A DNA stretch of 64,000 nucleotides, taken from NCBI GenBank assembly GCA_040767085.1, contig JAXGPF010000004.1, positions 288,001 to 352,000 of the forward strand. Reading direction: 5' to 3'. A program made the translations under genes and the position numbers. Below the pieces are notes generated by a model, which made no database searches, had not been told where the DNA came from, and saw nothing but the letters and a program-made list of their open reading frames with translations. How positions within the stretch are numbered: position 1 is the stretch's first letter; the number at the start of each line of letters is the position of its first letter. The stretch comes from Kiritimatiellia bacterium. GTDB lineage: Bacteria > Verrucomicrobiota > Kiritimatiellia > JAAZAB01. Of the stretch, positions 37,831 to 46,692 are shown one piece after another.

Positions 37831-39081
37831 ATGAAGTTTTTCCGCCTGTTTTTGATGAGCCTTGCACTGCTGGCGGGTTGGCCGGCAGTTCCAGTTGGCG
37901 CCGCGCCGGATTACCGTCCGCTCTGGATCGAGCAGCCTAAAAGCGACGACAGCATTTACCTTTACCGCGTCGGCACCGCCGCCGCCGGATCGGAAACCGC
38001 GGCGCGCCAGGCCGCCCTGGTCCAAGCCGGCGAAATCATCCTGGATGAAATCCTCGCGCAAAGCGGCGTGCCGGAAACAGAGCGCGTTGAATTGCGCGGC
38101 GCTCTGGCGTTGCGGGATTTGACGCCGGTTCCCGACGCCGTGCATTATGCCCCTGAAAACGGCGGCACCCGGTGCTGGCTGCAGGTCAGTCTGCCGTTGC
38201 AGGAGCGCGCCCGCCTGCGGCAGGACATCGCGGCCGCCATGGAGCGCCGCCGCTTGCAGGAGGAATTCGACGCCCGCATCAACGGGCAATGGCAGGAGGG
38301 CCGGGCCGCCAGCCTGCGGGGCGAATACACCCAGGCCCTGGCGCTCTTGCGGGAGGCCGAAACCAACTTTGCCGCGGTCCATCGCCCGGCATTTGCGATG
38401 GAGGAACTGCGCCTGCTGCTGGGCGATGTGCAGCGGGAACTAGGCCGGCCCCTGGACGCGCGCGGTTACTACGAAACCGTGGCCGGACTGGCAACCGCTG
38501 AAACCTGGCAGGCGCAGGCGGCGGCGCGCCTGGCGGCGCTGCCCGATCCGCCGCGCCTATGGCCGGCGCTGACCCGTTGGCAGGACCGCGCCGCGGCGCA
38601 AGTCTGCGTATTGCAGCCGGCCGGCGATCCGGCGGCATGGTTTGGCGAACTTGCCGCGGTGCTGCACCGCGATTTTCAAGCCTGCCGGCGGGATTTGTGC
38701 GACCTGGCCCAGTGGCCGCCGGAATCCGCCGCGCAGCTTTTCATAACGCGCCAGACGGCAGCCCTGGCCGGCGCCGCCCGCGCCGCATCGGCTGGAATGG
38801 TGCTGGTGATCTACGCCCGGGGGGATGCCACCGGTGGCGGGACGCCGCCGGAAACGGGCGGACTGCGCTTCCCCGCGCCGGATATGACCGTCCAATTCAT
38901 GGTGTTGGACGCCATCGCCAATCGCATCGTATATGCCGGCGAATTCCGGGAAATGCGCGGCCGGCGCGGCAACGCGCGGCTGGCCGAACGGATTGCGTCA
39001 ATCCTGATCAACAATTACCTGGCGCCCAAATGTCCGGCGCTGGCGCCCGGGCCAGGCGGCGCGGCGGCCGGCCCCGGATAA
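37831..39081 (+). CDS. Secreted LPP20-like/TPR-like protein
   Basis: Signal peptide; P.W...P..D.S.Y.Y.VG......AR.AA N-domain; TPR-like helices (GEYTQALALL..., LLGDVQRELG....ARGYY). Confidence 0.68.
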   Translation: MKFFRLFLMSLALLAGWPAVPVGAAPDYRPLWIEQPKSDDSIYLYRVGTAAAGSETAARQAALVQAGEIILDEILAQSGVPETERVELRGALALRDLTPVPDAVHYAPENGGTRCWLQVSLPLQERARLRQDIAAAMERRRLQEEFDARINGQWQEGRAASLRGEYTQALALLREAETNFAAVHRPAFAMEELRLLLGDVQRELGRPLDARGYYETVAGLATAETWQAQAAARLAALPDPPRLWPALTRWQDRAAAQVCVLQPAGDPAAWFGELAAVLHRDFQACRRDLCDLAQWPPESAAQLFITRQTAALAGAARAASAGMVLVIYARGDATGGGTPPETGGLRFPAPDMTVQFMVLDAIANRIVYAGEFREMRGRRGNARLAERIASILINNYLAPKCPALAPGPGGAAAGPG

Positions 39082-39084
39082 CCC

Positions 39085-39852
39085 CTACCGCCGCCGGGCC
39101 GGCGACCGGTCAATGCTGCAAACCCGCATCAGCCACCGCACGCATAAATCGCCCCAGGGATGCACGATCAGCAGGCCGGCGCCATGGCCGCCGTCGGGGA
39201 ACACGTGCAATTCATACGGCACGCCATGACGGCGCAATTCGGCGGCAAACATGAGACTGTTTTCCGGCAACACGCCCTTGTCATCGCCCGCGTGCCACAA
39301 AAAACACGGCGGCGTGCGATCGGTCACCAGGGTTTCGCAGGAAACTGACGCCCAATCCCCCGGCGGGGCGTCCGGGCCCAGCAGGTTGTTGCGCGAGCCG
39401 GCATGGCCATAGGGCGGCTGCATGGAAATCACCGGGTAACACAACACCCCGAAATCAGGGCGTAATTCCGCCGCGCGCCGCGCGCCGGCCGTCATCACAT
39501 GCGCGGCCAGGTGGCCGCCCGCGGAAGAGCCCATGACCCCGATGCAATCCTGGCGGACGCCGAATTCCGCCGCGCGCGTCCGGACCGTGGCCACCGACGC
39601 CAGGCCATCTTCCAGCATCTCCGGATGACGGTGGCCGGACGAGCCGCCCAGCCGGTACCGGGCCACGAAGGCGCAAATGCCGCGGGCCGACAGGTATTCG
39701 GCATAGCCGCGGCCTTCGTGCTCGGCCAAATGCCCGTAGCCGCCGCCGGGAAATATTATCACCCCGATCCCCTGCCCCTTCCGCGGGGCAAACACTTCCA
39801 ATTCCGGCGCCGGGCTGGTAGCCGCGCCGGGCAGGGCCGCATGAATGATCAC
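39085..39852 (-). CDS. Alpha/beta hydrolase (carbohydrate esterase-like)
   Basis: FPGGGY, GSSAGGHLA, LCYPVI, TPPCFL.H..DD, GGHG; GTG start 39852 with GGAGGAG RBS. Confidence 0.88.
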   Translation of the reverse strand: MIIHAALPGAATSPAPELEVFAPRKGQGIGVIIFPGGGYGHLAEHEGRGYAEYLSARGICAFVARYRLGGSSGHRHPEMLEDGLASVATVRTRAAEFGVRQDCIGVMGSSAGGHLAAHVMTAGARRAAELRPDFGVLCYPVISMQPPYGHAGSRNNLLGPDAPPGDWASVSCETLVTDRTPPCFLWHAGDDKGVLPENSLMFAAELRRHGVPYELHVFPDGGHGAGLLIVHPWGDLCVRWLMRVCSIDRSPARRR

Positions 39853-40116
39853 AATTAGCTCCTCCGTTGATTGTTTAAAAACACGCCGGCTTGCGCGCCG
39901 GGGTTGGCATGCGCGAGAGAGACGCAGGCGCAGTTTGGATGTATCAAATTGAACATCCCGTGTCACGCTCAAGTTGCGGGAATGAGACGCCGGGGGTGTA
40001 ATACAATCCAATGCGAATTGACAAAACGAAGCAAGGAGGATAAAGTCCGGACAGAAAACATGACTCAGACCAGTTGGCGCGGCGGCTCGGCGCCGTAAAA
40101 CATTGCATGGCCCAGA

Positions 40117-41256
40117 ATGACCGCCATCCTGTCATCCCCGGACACCCGCTCGAAACTTGCCATCCTCTCCCAGGAATCGCAATATGACCTGGCTTGCTCA
40201 TGCGGCACGAGGGATCAGGACCGCCGGCGCCGGTCGCCCAATGACACCTGGCTCTACCCGGTCGCCCTGCCCGGCGGCGGCTACTCGATCCTGTTCAAGA
40301 CTTTGGTATCGAACTATTGCGCCAACGACTACAAATACTGCCCGCTGCGCGCAGGCCAGGATTTGCGGCGGTGCGCGCTGACCTCCGAAGAAACCGTACG
40401 CGCTTTCCTGGATTACTGGAAAACCGGCAAAATCTTCGGCCTGTTTCTTACCAACGGGGTTGCCGGCGCGCCCGACCAGGCCATGGAGCAGATGCTCGCC
40501 ATTGCCCGGCGGTTGAGGACCAGGGAACAATTCCGGGGATACCTGCACCTGAAAATCATTCCCGGCGCCTCGGATGCAGCGATTGAAGAGGCGTTGCGGC
40601 TGTCCAGCGCCGTTTCCATCAACATTGAAACGGCGGGCGAAGCGCGTTTCCAGAAACTTTCAACCCGCAAACGCTACCTGGAAGACATCATCCGCCCGCT
40701 CAAGCTGATCAGCCGGCTCACCGGCAAGGACGGGCCATACAGCCGGGTCAAGCAGACGACGCAGTTCGTCGTCGGCGCCGCGGACGAGACCGACTCCGAA
40801 CTGCTGAAATACACCTGGGGCTTATACCAGCGCCTGCACCTGAGCCGCGTGTACTTCAGCGCGTACCAGCGCGGATTGGGCGAAACCGACCTGCCGGGCG
40901 AGCATTCCCCGCTTTCCAACCGCGACCTGCTGATGCGCGAACACCGCCTGTACCAGGCCGACTGGCTGTTCCGGAAATACCATTTCCGGCTGGAGGAAAT
41001 CCCGCTGGACGGGCAGGGCAACCTGCCGCTGGATATTGATCCCAAGGAATACTGGGCGCAAAGGCATCCGGATTTTTTCCCGGTCAATGTCAACCGGGCG
41101 GATTACGAACAACTCCTGCGCGTGCCCGGGCTGGGCATGGTGACCGTCCGGCGGCTGCTGGCGCGGCGTTCCGGCGGAGCGCGGTTCCGGGCGGCGGCAG
41201 ACCTCGGCTTTGCGGGACGGCGTCTGCAAAAAGCCGCCGCCTACCTGGCATTCTGA
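40117..41256 (+). CDS. Putative DNA modification/repair radical SAM protein (HhH), with altered CxxxCxxC
   Basis: KL.IL....YDLACSC, FKTL.SN.C..D..YC, GYLHLKIIPGA, TQFVVGA, RVYFSAY, REHRLYQADWL, VN.A..E.LLRVPGLG. Confidence 0.87.
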   Translation: MTAILSSPDTRSKLAILSQESQYDLACSCGTRDQDRRRRSPNDTWLYPVALPGGGYSILFKTLVSNYCANDYKYCPLRAGQDLRRCALTSEETVRAFLDYWKTGKIFGLFLTNGVAGAPDQAMEQMLAIARRLRTREQFRGYLHLKIIPGASDAAIEEALRLSSAVSINIETAGEARFQKLSTRKRYLEDIIRPLKLISRLTGKDGPYSRVKQTTQFVVGAADETDSELLKYTWGLYQRLHLSRVYFSAYQRGLGETDLPGEHSPLSNRDLLMREHRLYQADWLFRKYHFRLEEIPLDGQGNLPLDIDPKEYWAQRHPDFFPVNVNRADYEQLLRVPGLGMVTVRRLLARRSGGARFRAAADLGFAGRRLQKAAAYLAF

Positions 41257-41298
41257 TCGGGCAGCATCCGGCGGCGTTAATGCGGCCGGCCCGGCGCC

Positions 41299-41781
41299 TT
41301 ATCCGCTGGCCAGTTCCCTGACAAAATGCCATGCCATCCAGCCGGCGGCGGTCAGTTTCAGCAACGTGCCCAGCGATACCCCCAGGAACGCGGCCAACCC
41401 CGATCGCAATGCCGCGCCCGTTTTCCGGCCCGCCGCTAACTCGCCGGCGATGGCGCCAGCCAACGCCCCGATGATCATCCCCCAGGGCGGAAAGAAAAAC
41501 AAGCCGGCCAGCATGCCCAGCGCAATCCCCCACCCGCCCCGGCGGCTGCCGCCGAACCGCCGGGCGCTCCAGACGGGGATGGCGTAATCAAGCAAAGAAA
41601 CCAGGACCGTCACCACCGCCCAGCCAACGAGAAATTCCCTGGAAAAACTGTGGCGGACGGTTAAATGCAGCAGGAACAGGCCCGTATAGCTTAAAGGCGG
41701 GCCGGGCAGCACCGGCAGCACGCTGCCCAGGATGCCGCCAACCATGCAGAGGGCTCCCAGACCGATCAGCCAAATATCCAT
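41299..41781 (-). CDS. DUF456 family membrane protein
   Basis: G.LG.VLP.LPGPPL, LDY..P...ARRFGGS..G.WG, PWG.I.G...GA..GEL. Confidence 0.85.
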   Translation of the reverse strand: MDIWLIGLGALCMVGGILGSVLPVLPGPPLSYTGLFLLHLTVRHSFSREFLVGWAVVTVLVSLLDYAIPVWSARRFGGSRRGGWGIALGMLAGLFFFPPWGMIIGALAGAIAGELAAGRKTGAALRSGLAAFLGVSLGTLLKLTAAGWMAWHFVRELASG

Positions 41782-41784
41782 AAC

Positions 41785-42669
41785 TCACCCCCGAAAATAC
41801 AACGCGATGGCCAGCGTCATGGCCAGGGCGCCGGCCACCCTCCTGAACAGCACGGCGGGGCCGGCCCGCCCTTCGATATCGGTCCACCCCAACCGCGCCA
41901 GCGCCACGCCCAAACCGATGGAAATGATCCCGCGCGCCGACTGCACGATGTTGCCGAAAACCGCGCCGATATCGCCAAAACAGGCGAACAGCAGGATCAT
42001 GGCCGACAGCCAGCAGACGGCAAAAGGCAACGCCGCGCGCCATGCAGCCGGTGCGCGCGCGGCGGGATGCCGCACCAGCCAGGGCGTCATGGCCAGGCCG
42101 CACGCCAGGTAGCTTAACACCGCGCCAAAAAACGCGCCGCGTAAATTATCCAGCCCGGTAGCGCGGACCAGGCGGACAATGGACAGGTCCGAGAGCGAAT
42201 ATCCCGCAATGGCCACCGCCACCGCCAGCAAGCCGCGCGCCGGCAGACGCCCCCCGGCTTGATGCAGGGTAAACACTCCCGCCGCGGCCAGCAACACAGC
42301 CGCCCATTGAGCGGCTGACAGCCAGGCGCCGCCCAGGGATGCCAGCAATGCCAGCAACAGGATTTTAGCGCCCAGCAAAGGCGCCAGCCGCGAAGCGTCC
42401 ATGATCTGCAGGGCGCGGAACCATGCCAGTTGGCCGGCCAGGTAAAACCCACTGGTGCTCAGCGTCCATAACGCCACGCCGCTGTCCAGGCGCGCGCCCG
42501 GGACATACGCCCATGGCAGCAGCGCCAGACTCATCAGCGCCATCATGGCATGCGACACCGCCAGCAACAACCAGGGCGGGTAACCGGCCCGACGCAGGAA
42601 GGCGCGGGAATATATGTAGGACAAGGATTGCAGGGCGGCAGCGCCCAGTCCGAAGAGAATACCCATCAT
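41785..42669 (-). CDS. EamA/DMT family transporter
   Basis: About 10 TM segments in two repeats; AL...DASRLAPL motif. Confidence 0.7.
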   Translation of the reverse strand: MMGILFGLGAAALQSLSYIYSRAFLRRAGYPPWLLLAVSHAMMALMSLALLPWAYVPGARLDSGVALWTLSTSGFYLAGQLAWFRALQIMDASRLAPLLGAKILLLALLASLGGAWLSAAQWAAVLLAAAGVFTLHQAGGRLPARGLLAVAVAIAGYSLSDLSIVRLVRATGLDNLRGAFFGAVLSYLACGLAMTPWLVRHPAARAPAAWRAALPFAVCWLSAMILLFACFGDIGAVFGNIVQSARGIISIGLGVALARLGWTDIEGRAGPAVLFRRVAGALAMTLAIALYFRG

Positions 42670-42838
42670 ACTTGACAATCATCCGCAGCCGGCGGTAAAC
42701 AGGGAATGAACCGGCCGAAACGTTTACGACACGCCAGGCACGGCGCATCCGGCGGCAAACCTACCGCCCGCCGCCGGTAAAGTCAATGGGAATGACTCCG
42801 GCAGGCCCGCGGCGATGAAAAATGCAAAATGTTTTAGA

Positions 42839-42902
42839 TTGACAAACCCCGCAGGTTCGGAATATTTTAACACTATATGAACCTTTGATTCATATTATGA
42901 AT
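42839..42902 (+). promoter_or_regulatory. Sigma70-type promoter with palindromic operator (IclR-like)
   Basis: TTGACA at 42839; perfect palindrome ATTCATA-T-TATGAAT at 42888-42902; related site CACTATATGAA at 42871; operon contains an IclR gene. Confidence 0.6.
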
Positions 42903-42972
42903 TTATCTCTCCGGCGCGGGCGGCATGCAGCGATGGGCTACTTGATCAACGGCTGCGGCATTGGAAGCAAAT

Positions 42973-43725
42973 ATGTTTGAATTGAAGAACAAAAAAGCGC
43001 TCGTTACCGGAGCGTCGCGCGGCTTGGGCGCCGGCATCGCCCTCGCCCTGGCGGAAGCGGGCGCGGATGTGGCGGTCAATTTCCGCAGCAACCGGCAGGA
43101 AGCCGGAAAAGTCAGCGCGGCAATCACGGCCATGGGCCGCCGGGCATTGACGCTGCAGGCCGATGTTTCCGCGGCGGCGGACGTCCAAATGCTGTTTGCC
43201 GCAACCATGCGGGAATTCGGGCAGTTGGACATACTGGTGAATAATGCCGGCACCACCAAAGCCCAGGATATTTTTGAGACAACCCTGGCTGACTGGGATT
43301 ATATTGTCAAAACCAATCTCACCAGCCTGTTTCTCTGTTCGAAGGCGGCAATGGAAATCATGCAGGCGCAAAAATCGGGCCGGATTATCAACCTCAGTTC
43401 CATTGTCGGCCAGCGCGGCGCGCTGTTCGGCCATGTGCATTATGCCGCCACCAAGAGCGGGATCATCGGCTTCACCAAGACCCTGGCGCGTACGGCCGCG
43501 CCTTTCAACATCACGGTCAATGCCATTGCTCCCGGCATCATCGCAACCGAACTGCTGCTGCAAACCCATGGCGCCGACGAGGTCAGGAAACTGGCCGCCA
43601 CCGTGCCGCTGGGCCTGGGCACCTGCCGGGACGTCGGGCTGGCGGCGGTGTTCCTGGCCGGGGAAGGCGGCCGCTACATCACCGGCGCCACGCTGGACGT
43701 CAATGGCGGGATGAATTTCCGATAA
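42973..43725 (+). CDS. SDR family oxidoreductase (FabG-like)
   Basis: TGASRGLG, LDILVNNAG, YAATK, VNAIAPG. Confidence 0.93.
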   Translation: MFELKNKKALVTGASRGLGAGIALALAEAGADVAVNFRSNRQEAGKVSAAITAMGRRALTLQADVSAAADVQMLFAATMREFGQLDILVNNAGTTKAQDIFETTLADWDYIVKTNLTSLFLCSKAAMEIMQAQKSGRIINLSSIVGQRGALFGHVHYAATKSGIIGFTKTLARTAAPFNITVNAIAPGIIATELLLQTHGADEVRKLAATVPLGLGTCRDVGLAAVFLAGEGGRYITGATLDVNGGMNFR

Positions 43726-43747
43726 GGCGTCTGTGTGATGAGGTAAA

Positions 43748-44932
43748 ATGAAAATTACAAGCATTCGAACATTCCTCTGTCATGCCTACCGCACCAACTG
43801 GGTGTTCGTGAAAGTGCTGACCGACGCCGGCCTGCATGGCATCGGGGAAGCCACCCTGGAATACCGGGAATTGACGGTGCGCCAGGCCGTCCATGACCTT
43901 GAACGCAGTTTGGTTGGAAAAGATCCGCGCAATATCGAGGCCATCTGGCAGCAGGCCTACCGCGACGCCTATTGGCGCGGCGGGCCGGTGCTGATGAGCG
44001 CCCTCTCAGGGGTGGAGATGGCGCTGTGGGATATCAAGGGCAAGGAACTGGGTGTGCCGGTATTTCAATTGCTGGGCGGCAAGGTGCGCGACGCCATCCC
44101 CTGTTACGCCAACGCCTGGTTTGCCGGAGCCCGGACGCCGGCGGAATTCGCCGCGAAGGCGCAAGCCGCCGTGGCCGCAGGATTCAAGGGCCTGAAGTGG
44201 GATCCATTCGGCAGCGCCTGGATGAATATCTCCAAGCCGGAACTGCGGACGGCGCTGGACTGCGTCCAGGCGGTGGCGGCGGCGGCGGGGCGGGACGTGG
44301 ATATCATGATCGAAGGGCACGGGCGGTTCAATGTTCCGACCGCCGTGCGCGTTGGCCGGGCATTGGAGGATTTTGACATTACATGGTTCGAAGAGCCGAT
44401 CCCGCCGGACGACATGCCGGGGCTGCTGGAAGTCAAACGACGGGTGCGCGTGCCGATTGCCGGCGGCGAACGCCTGTATTCGCGCTGGGATTTCCGCGAG
44501 TATATCAACCGGCGCTGTGTGGATTTCATCCAACCGGATGTCTCGCATTGCGGCGGGATCGGCGAGTTGAAGAAAATTGCCGCCATGGCCGAAAGCGCGC
44601 ACCTGGCCGTCTGCCCGCATAATCCCAGCGGCCCGGTGGCCAATGCCGCCAGCCTGCAACTGGCCGCCTGTATCCCAAATTATTATTTGCTGGAAACCAT
44701 GGCGACGGATGTGCCATACCGGCGTGAAATCACGAATGAAGCGGTGGTCTTTACAGATGGCGCCATGCGGATACCGGATGCGCCGGGGCTCGGGTTGGAT
44801 CTTAACGAAGCCGCGATTGCCGCGCACCCATTCGAGCCGCGGACATTGCGGCATTATGCCGGCACCCTGACCGATATCCGGCCGCCGGATGCGGCGGGAT
44901 ACGCCATGCCGGACCGCCAGGCGCATTTATGA
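43748..44932 (+). CDS. dgoD: Galactonate dehydratase-like enolase superfamily protein
   Basis: G.GEATLE, YWRGGPVLMSALSGVEMALWDIKGK, WFEEP, GER, IQPD, PHNP.GP. Confidence 0.8.
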   Translation: MKITSIRTFLCHAYRTNWVFVKVLTDAGLHGIGEATLEYRELTVRQAVHDLERSLVGKDPRNIEAIWQQAYRDAYWRGGPVLMSALSGVEMALWDIKGKELGVPVFQLLGGKVRDAIPCYANAWFAGARTPAEFAAKAQAAVAAGFKGLKWDPFGSAWMNISKPELRTALDCVQAVAAAAGRDVDIMIEGHGRFNVPTAVRVGRALEDFDITWFEEPIPPDDMPGLLEVKRRVRVPIAGGERLYSRWDFREYINRRCVDFIQPDVSHCGGIGELKKIAAMAESAHLAVCPHNPSGPVANAASLQLAACIPNYYLLETMATDVPYRREITNEAVVFTDGAMRIPDAPGLGLDLNEAAIAAHPFEPRTLRHYAGTLTDIRPPDAAGYAMPDRQAHL

Positions 44933-45690
44933 TCAAAGTTGTCGCCAAAACCTTCGCCGTGCTGGAATTCGCCGCCGCGCATACCGGCCGGCCGGTGCTG
45001 CCCGGCGAGACGGCCGCAGCCCTGCGTTTGAACCAGGCCACCACGGTCAGGATCATGCGCGATTTGCTCGAACTGGGTTACCTCGCGCAGATTTCACGCA
45101 ACAAGGGATATGTGCTCGGGCCGATGGCGCGCGGGGTTTTCGAGCGGAACCATTACCGCGCCCACCTGATCCGGATAGCGGCGCCGGCGGTGAAAGACTG
45201 CGCGGCGCAGACCGGCGAGTCGGTGGTGCTGGCGGTCATGCAAAGCGCGCGCCGCTACGTGCTCCTGCACGAAAACCGCAATCCAACCCTGAATATTAAC
45301 GTCAGCGCGCTTTATTATGACGACCTTTATCTCACGGCCACCGGGCGGCTGCTCCTGGCGCATGCCAATGCCGCGGATTTGAATGCGGTTGTAAAGAAAT
45401 TGGATTTACCCGATCCCGCCGTCTGGCCGGAAGCCGCAACGGCGCCGGGATTGAACCGCGAACTGCGCAGGATCCGCCAGCATGGTTTTGTCTCTTTCCG
45501 CAGCGGCCAAACCGGCTTGCAGATCATGGCCGCCCCGATCTGGGAAGCGGACAAATGCCTGGCCGCTCTGGGCGCTTCTTTCCCTGGCGCCAGTGCCTCC
45601 AAGGCGAAGCATGACCGCATCCTGGCGGCCGTCCGGGAGACGGCCGCCGCAATTACGCGAAAGCTCGCCGTGATCCGTACGGCTGGATAG
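44929..45690 (+). CDS. IclR family regulator
   Basis: MIKVV.K.F.VLE HTH start; TGESVVLAV; TATGRLLLA; IR..GF. Confidence 0.9.
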   Translation: MIKVVAKTFAVLEFAAAHTGRPVLPGETAAALRLNQATTVRIMRDLLELGYLAQISRNKGYVLGPMARGVFERNHYRAHLIRIAAPAVKDCAAQTGESVVLAVMQSARRYVLLHENRNPTLNINVSALYYDDLYLTATGRLLLAHANAADLNAVVKKLDLPDPAVWPEAATAPGLNRELRRIRQHGFVSFRSGQTGLQIMAAPIWEADKCLAALGASFPGASASKAKHDRILAAVRETAAAITRKLAVIRTAG

Positions 45691-45697
45691 GAAGCTT

Positions 45698-46643
45698 ATG
45701 GAACACAAACACATCATTCCCGCCCCGCGCCATGCGGCATGGCGGAAGGAAACGGTATCAGCCCATGACTATGCGCTCAGGCCGGAAGATTTTAAGCCGA
45801 TCGACCGGGAATTATGGGACCGGTTCCAGGCGGTATTTCCCGCCCAAAAGGGGAAGCAGGCGGCGCGCGTAACGCTGGATGCCGCGTTGCCGGAAGAGGG
45901 ATACGCGCTGGATATCCAGCCGGCGGGCGTGGCGATCCGGGCCAAAACCGCGCGCAACCTGGGTGAATGTCCGGCCTGCGCCGAAGCAGCTGCGCGGGAG
46001 GGACCGGAAGGCGTTTACCTCAGGTTTATTAATAAAATGTGTGACTGGGCGCGGCAGCAGGGTCGGACGCCGGTCTTGTGGGATGACATGCTTTGCCGTG
46101 ATCCCGCGATCATTGACCGGCGTGACCTCCACCATGATCATGTACCGGGACTACTGGACCACTTCCGTCAAAAGTCCCATTGTCGTCGCACGCGCATCCG
46201 GCAAGGGCATGGTTTACGACCGGCGCTGGAACGACCAGTGGGCGGCGGAACGCAGCGAACTGGAGCAAACGATCGGCCGGCGGCCGCCGGACTTGGAATT
46301 GCCGGGGCCCGTGATCCATGTTCCGTGCCGGCCGCCGCCCTCGCTTTTGCGGCTCTGGGAACACCTGGCGATCAAACTGGTGTTCAACACCATTTCAACC
46401 GCCACGGCGGCGCGGCTGGGGCGGCTGCGCGGCAACTGGATGGCCTTTGTCGAGACGACCAACAAGAAACTGATCGACCGGGGCACCCGGCTGGTGGCGG
46501 AATTGTGCGGATTGGATTACACCGCAGCCTGCATCGCCCTGCATGCAACCATGGCGGAAATGGCGGCCATGCCGGAGCCGGAACGCAAAAAACATTCGCC
46601 GGTGGCGCTGACGGTCGAACGGACCGGGTTGAAGCGTGGTTGA
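45698..46643 (+). pseudogene. Chimeric remnant: GH20 fragments fused to a MurQ/GKRP-like C-terminal fragment
   Basis: IIPAP...EGY.L.I...GV.I.A (GH20 domain 2) joined to FINKMC......GRTPVLWDDM; frameshift near 46120; then KLVFNTIST....LG...GNWM..V..TNKKL.DR (MurQ/GKRP C-terminus). Confidence 0.72.
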
Positions 46644-46692
46644 GCGGTTCAGGATGATGATGTTTCGAATGACACGCGATTGGATCTGACCT

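Noticed and set aside
39930-40116. LexA box upstream of the radical SAM repair gene
   Set aside because: Only a GAACA half-site; no full TGTTC-N4-GAACA palindrome.
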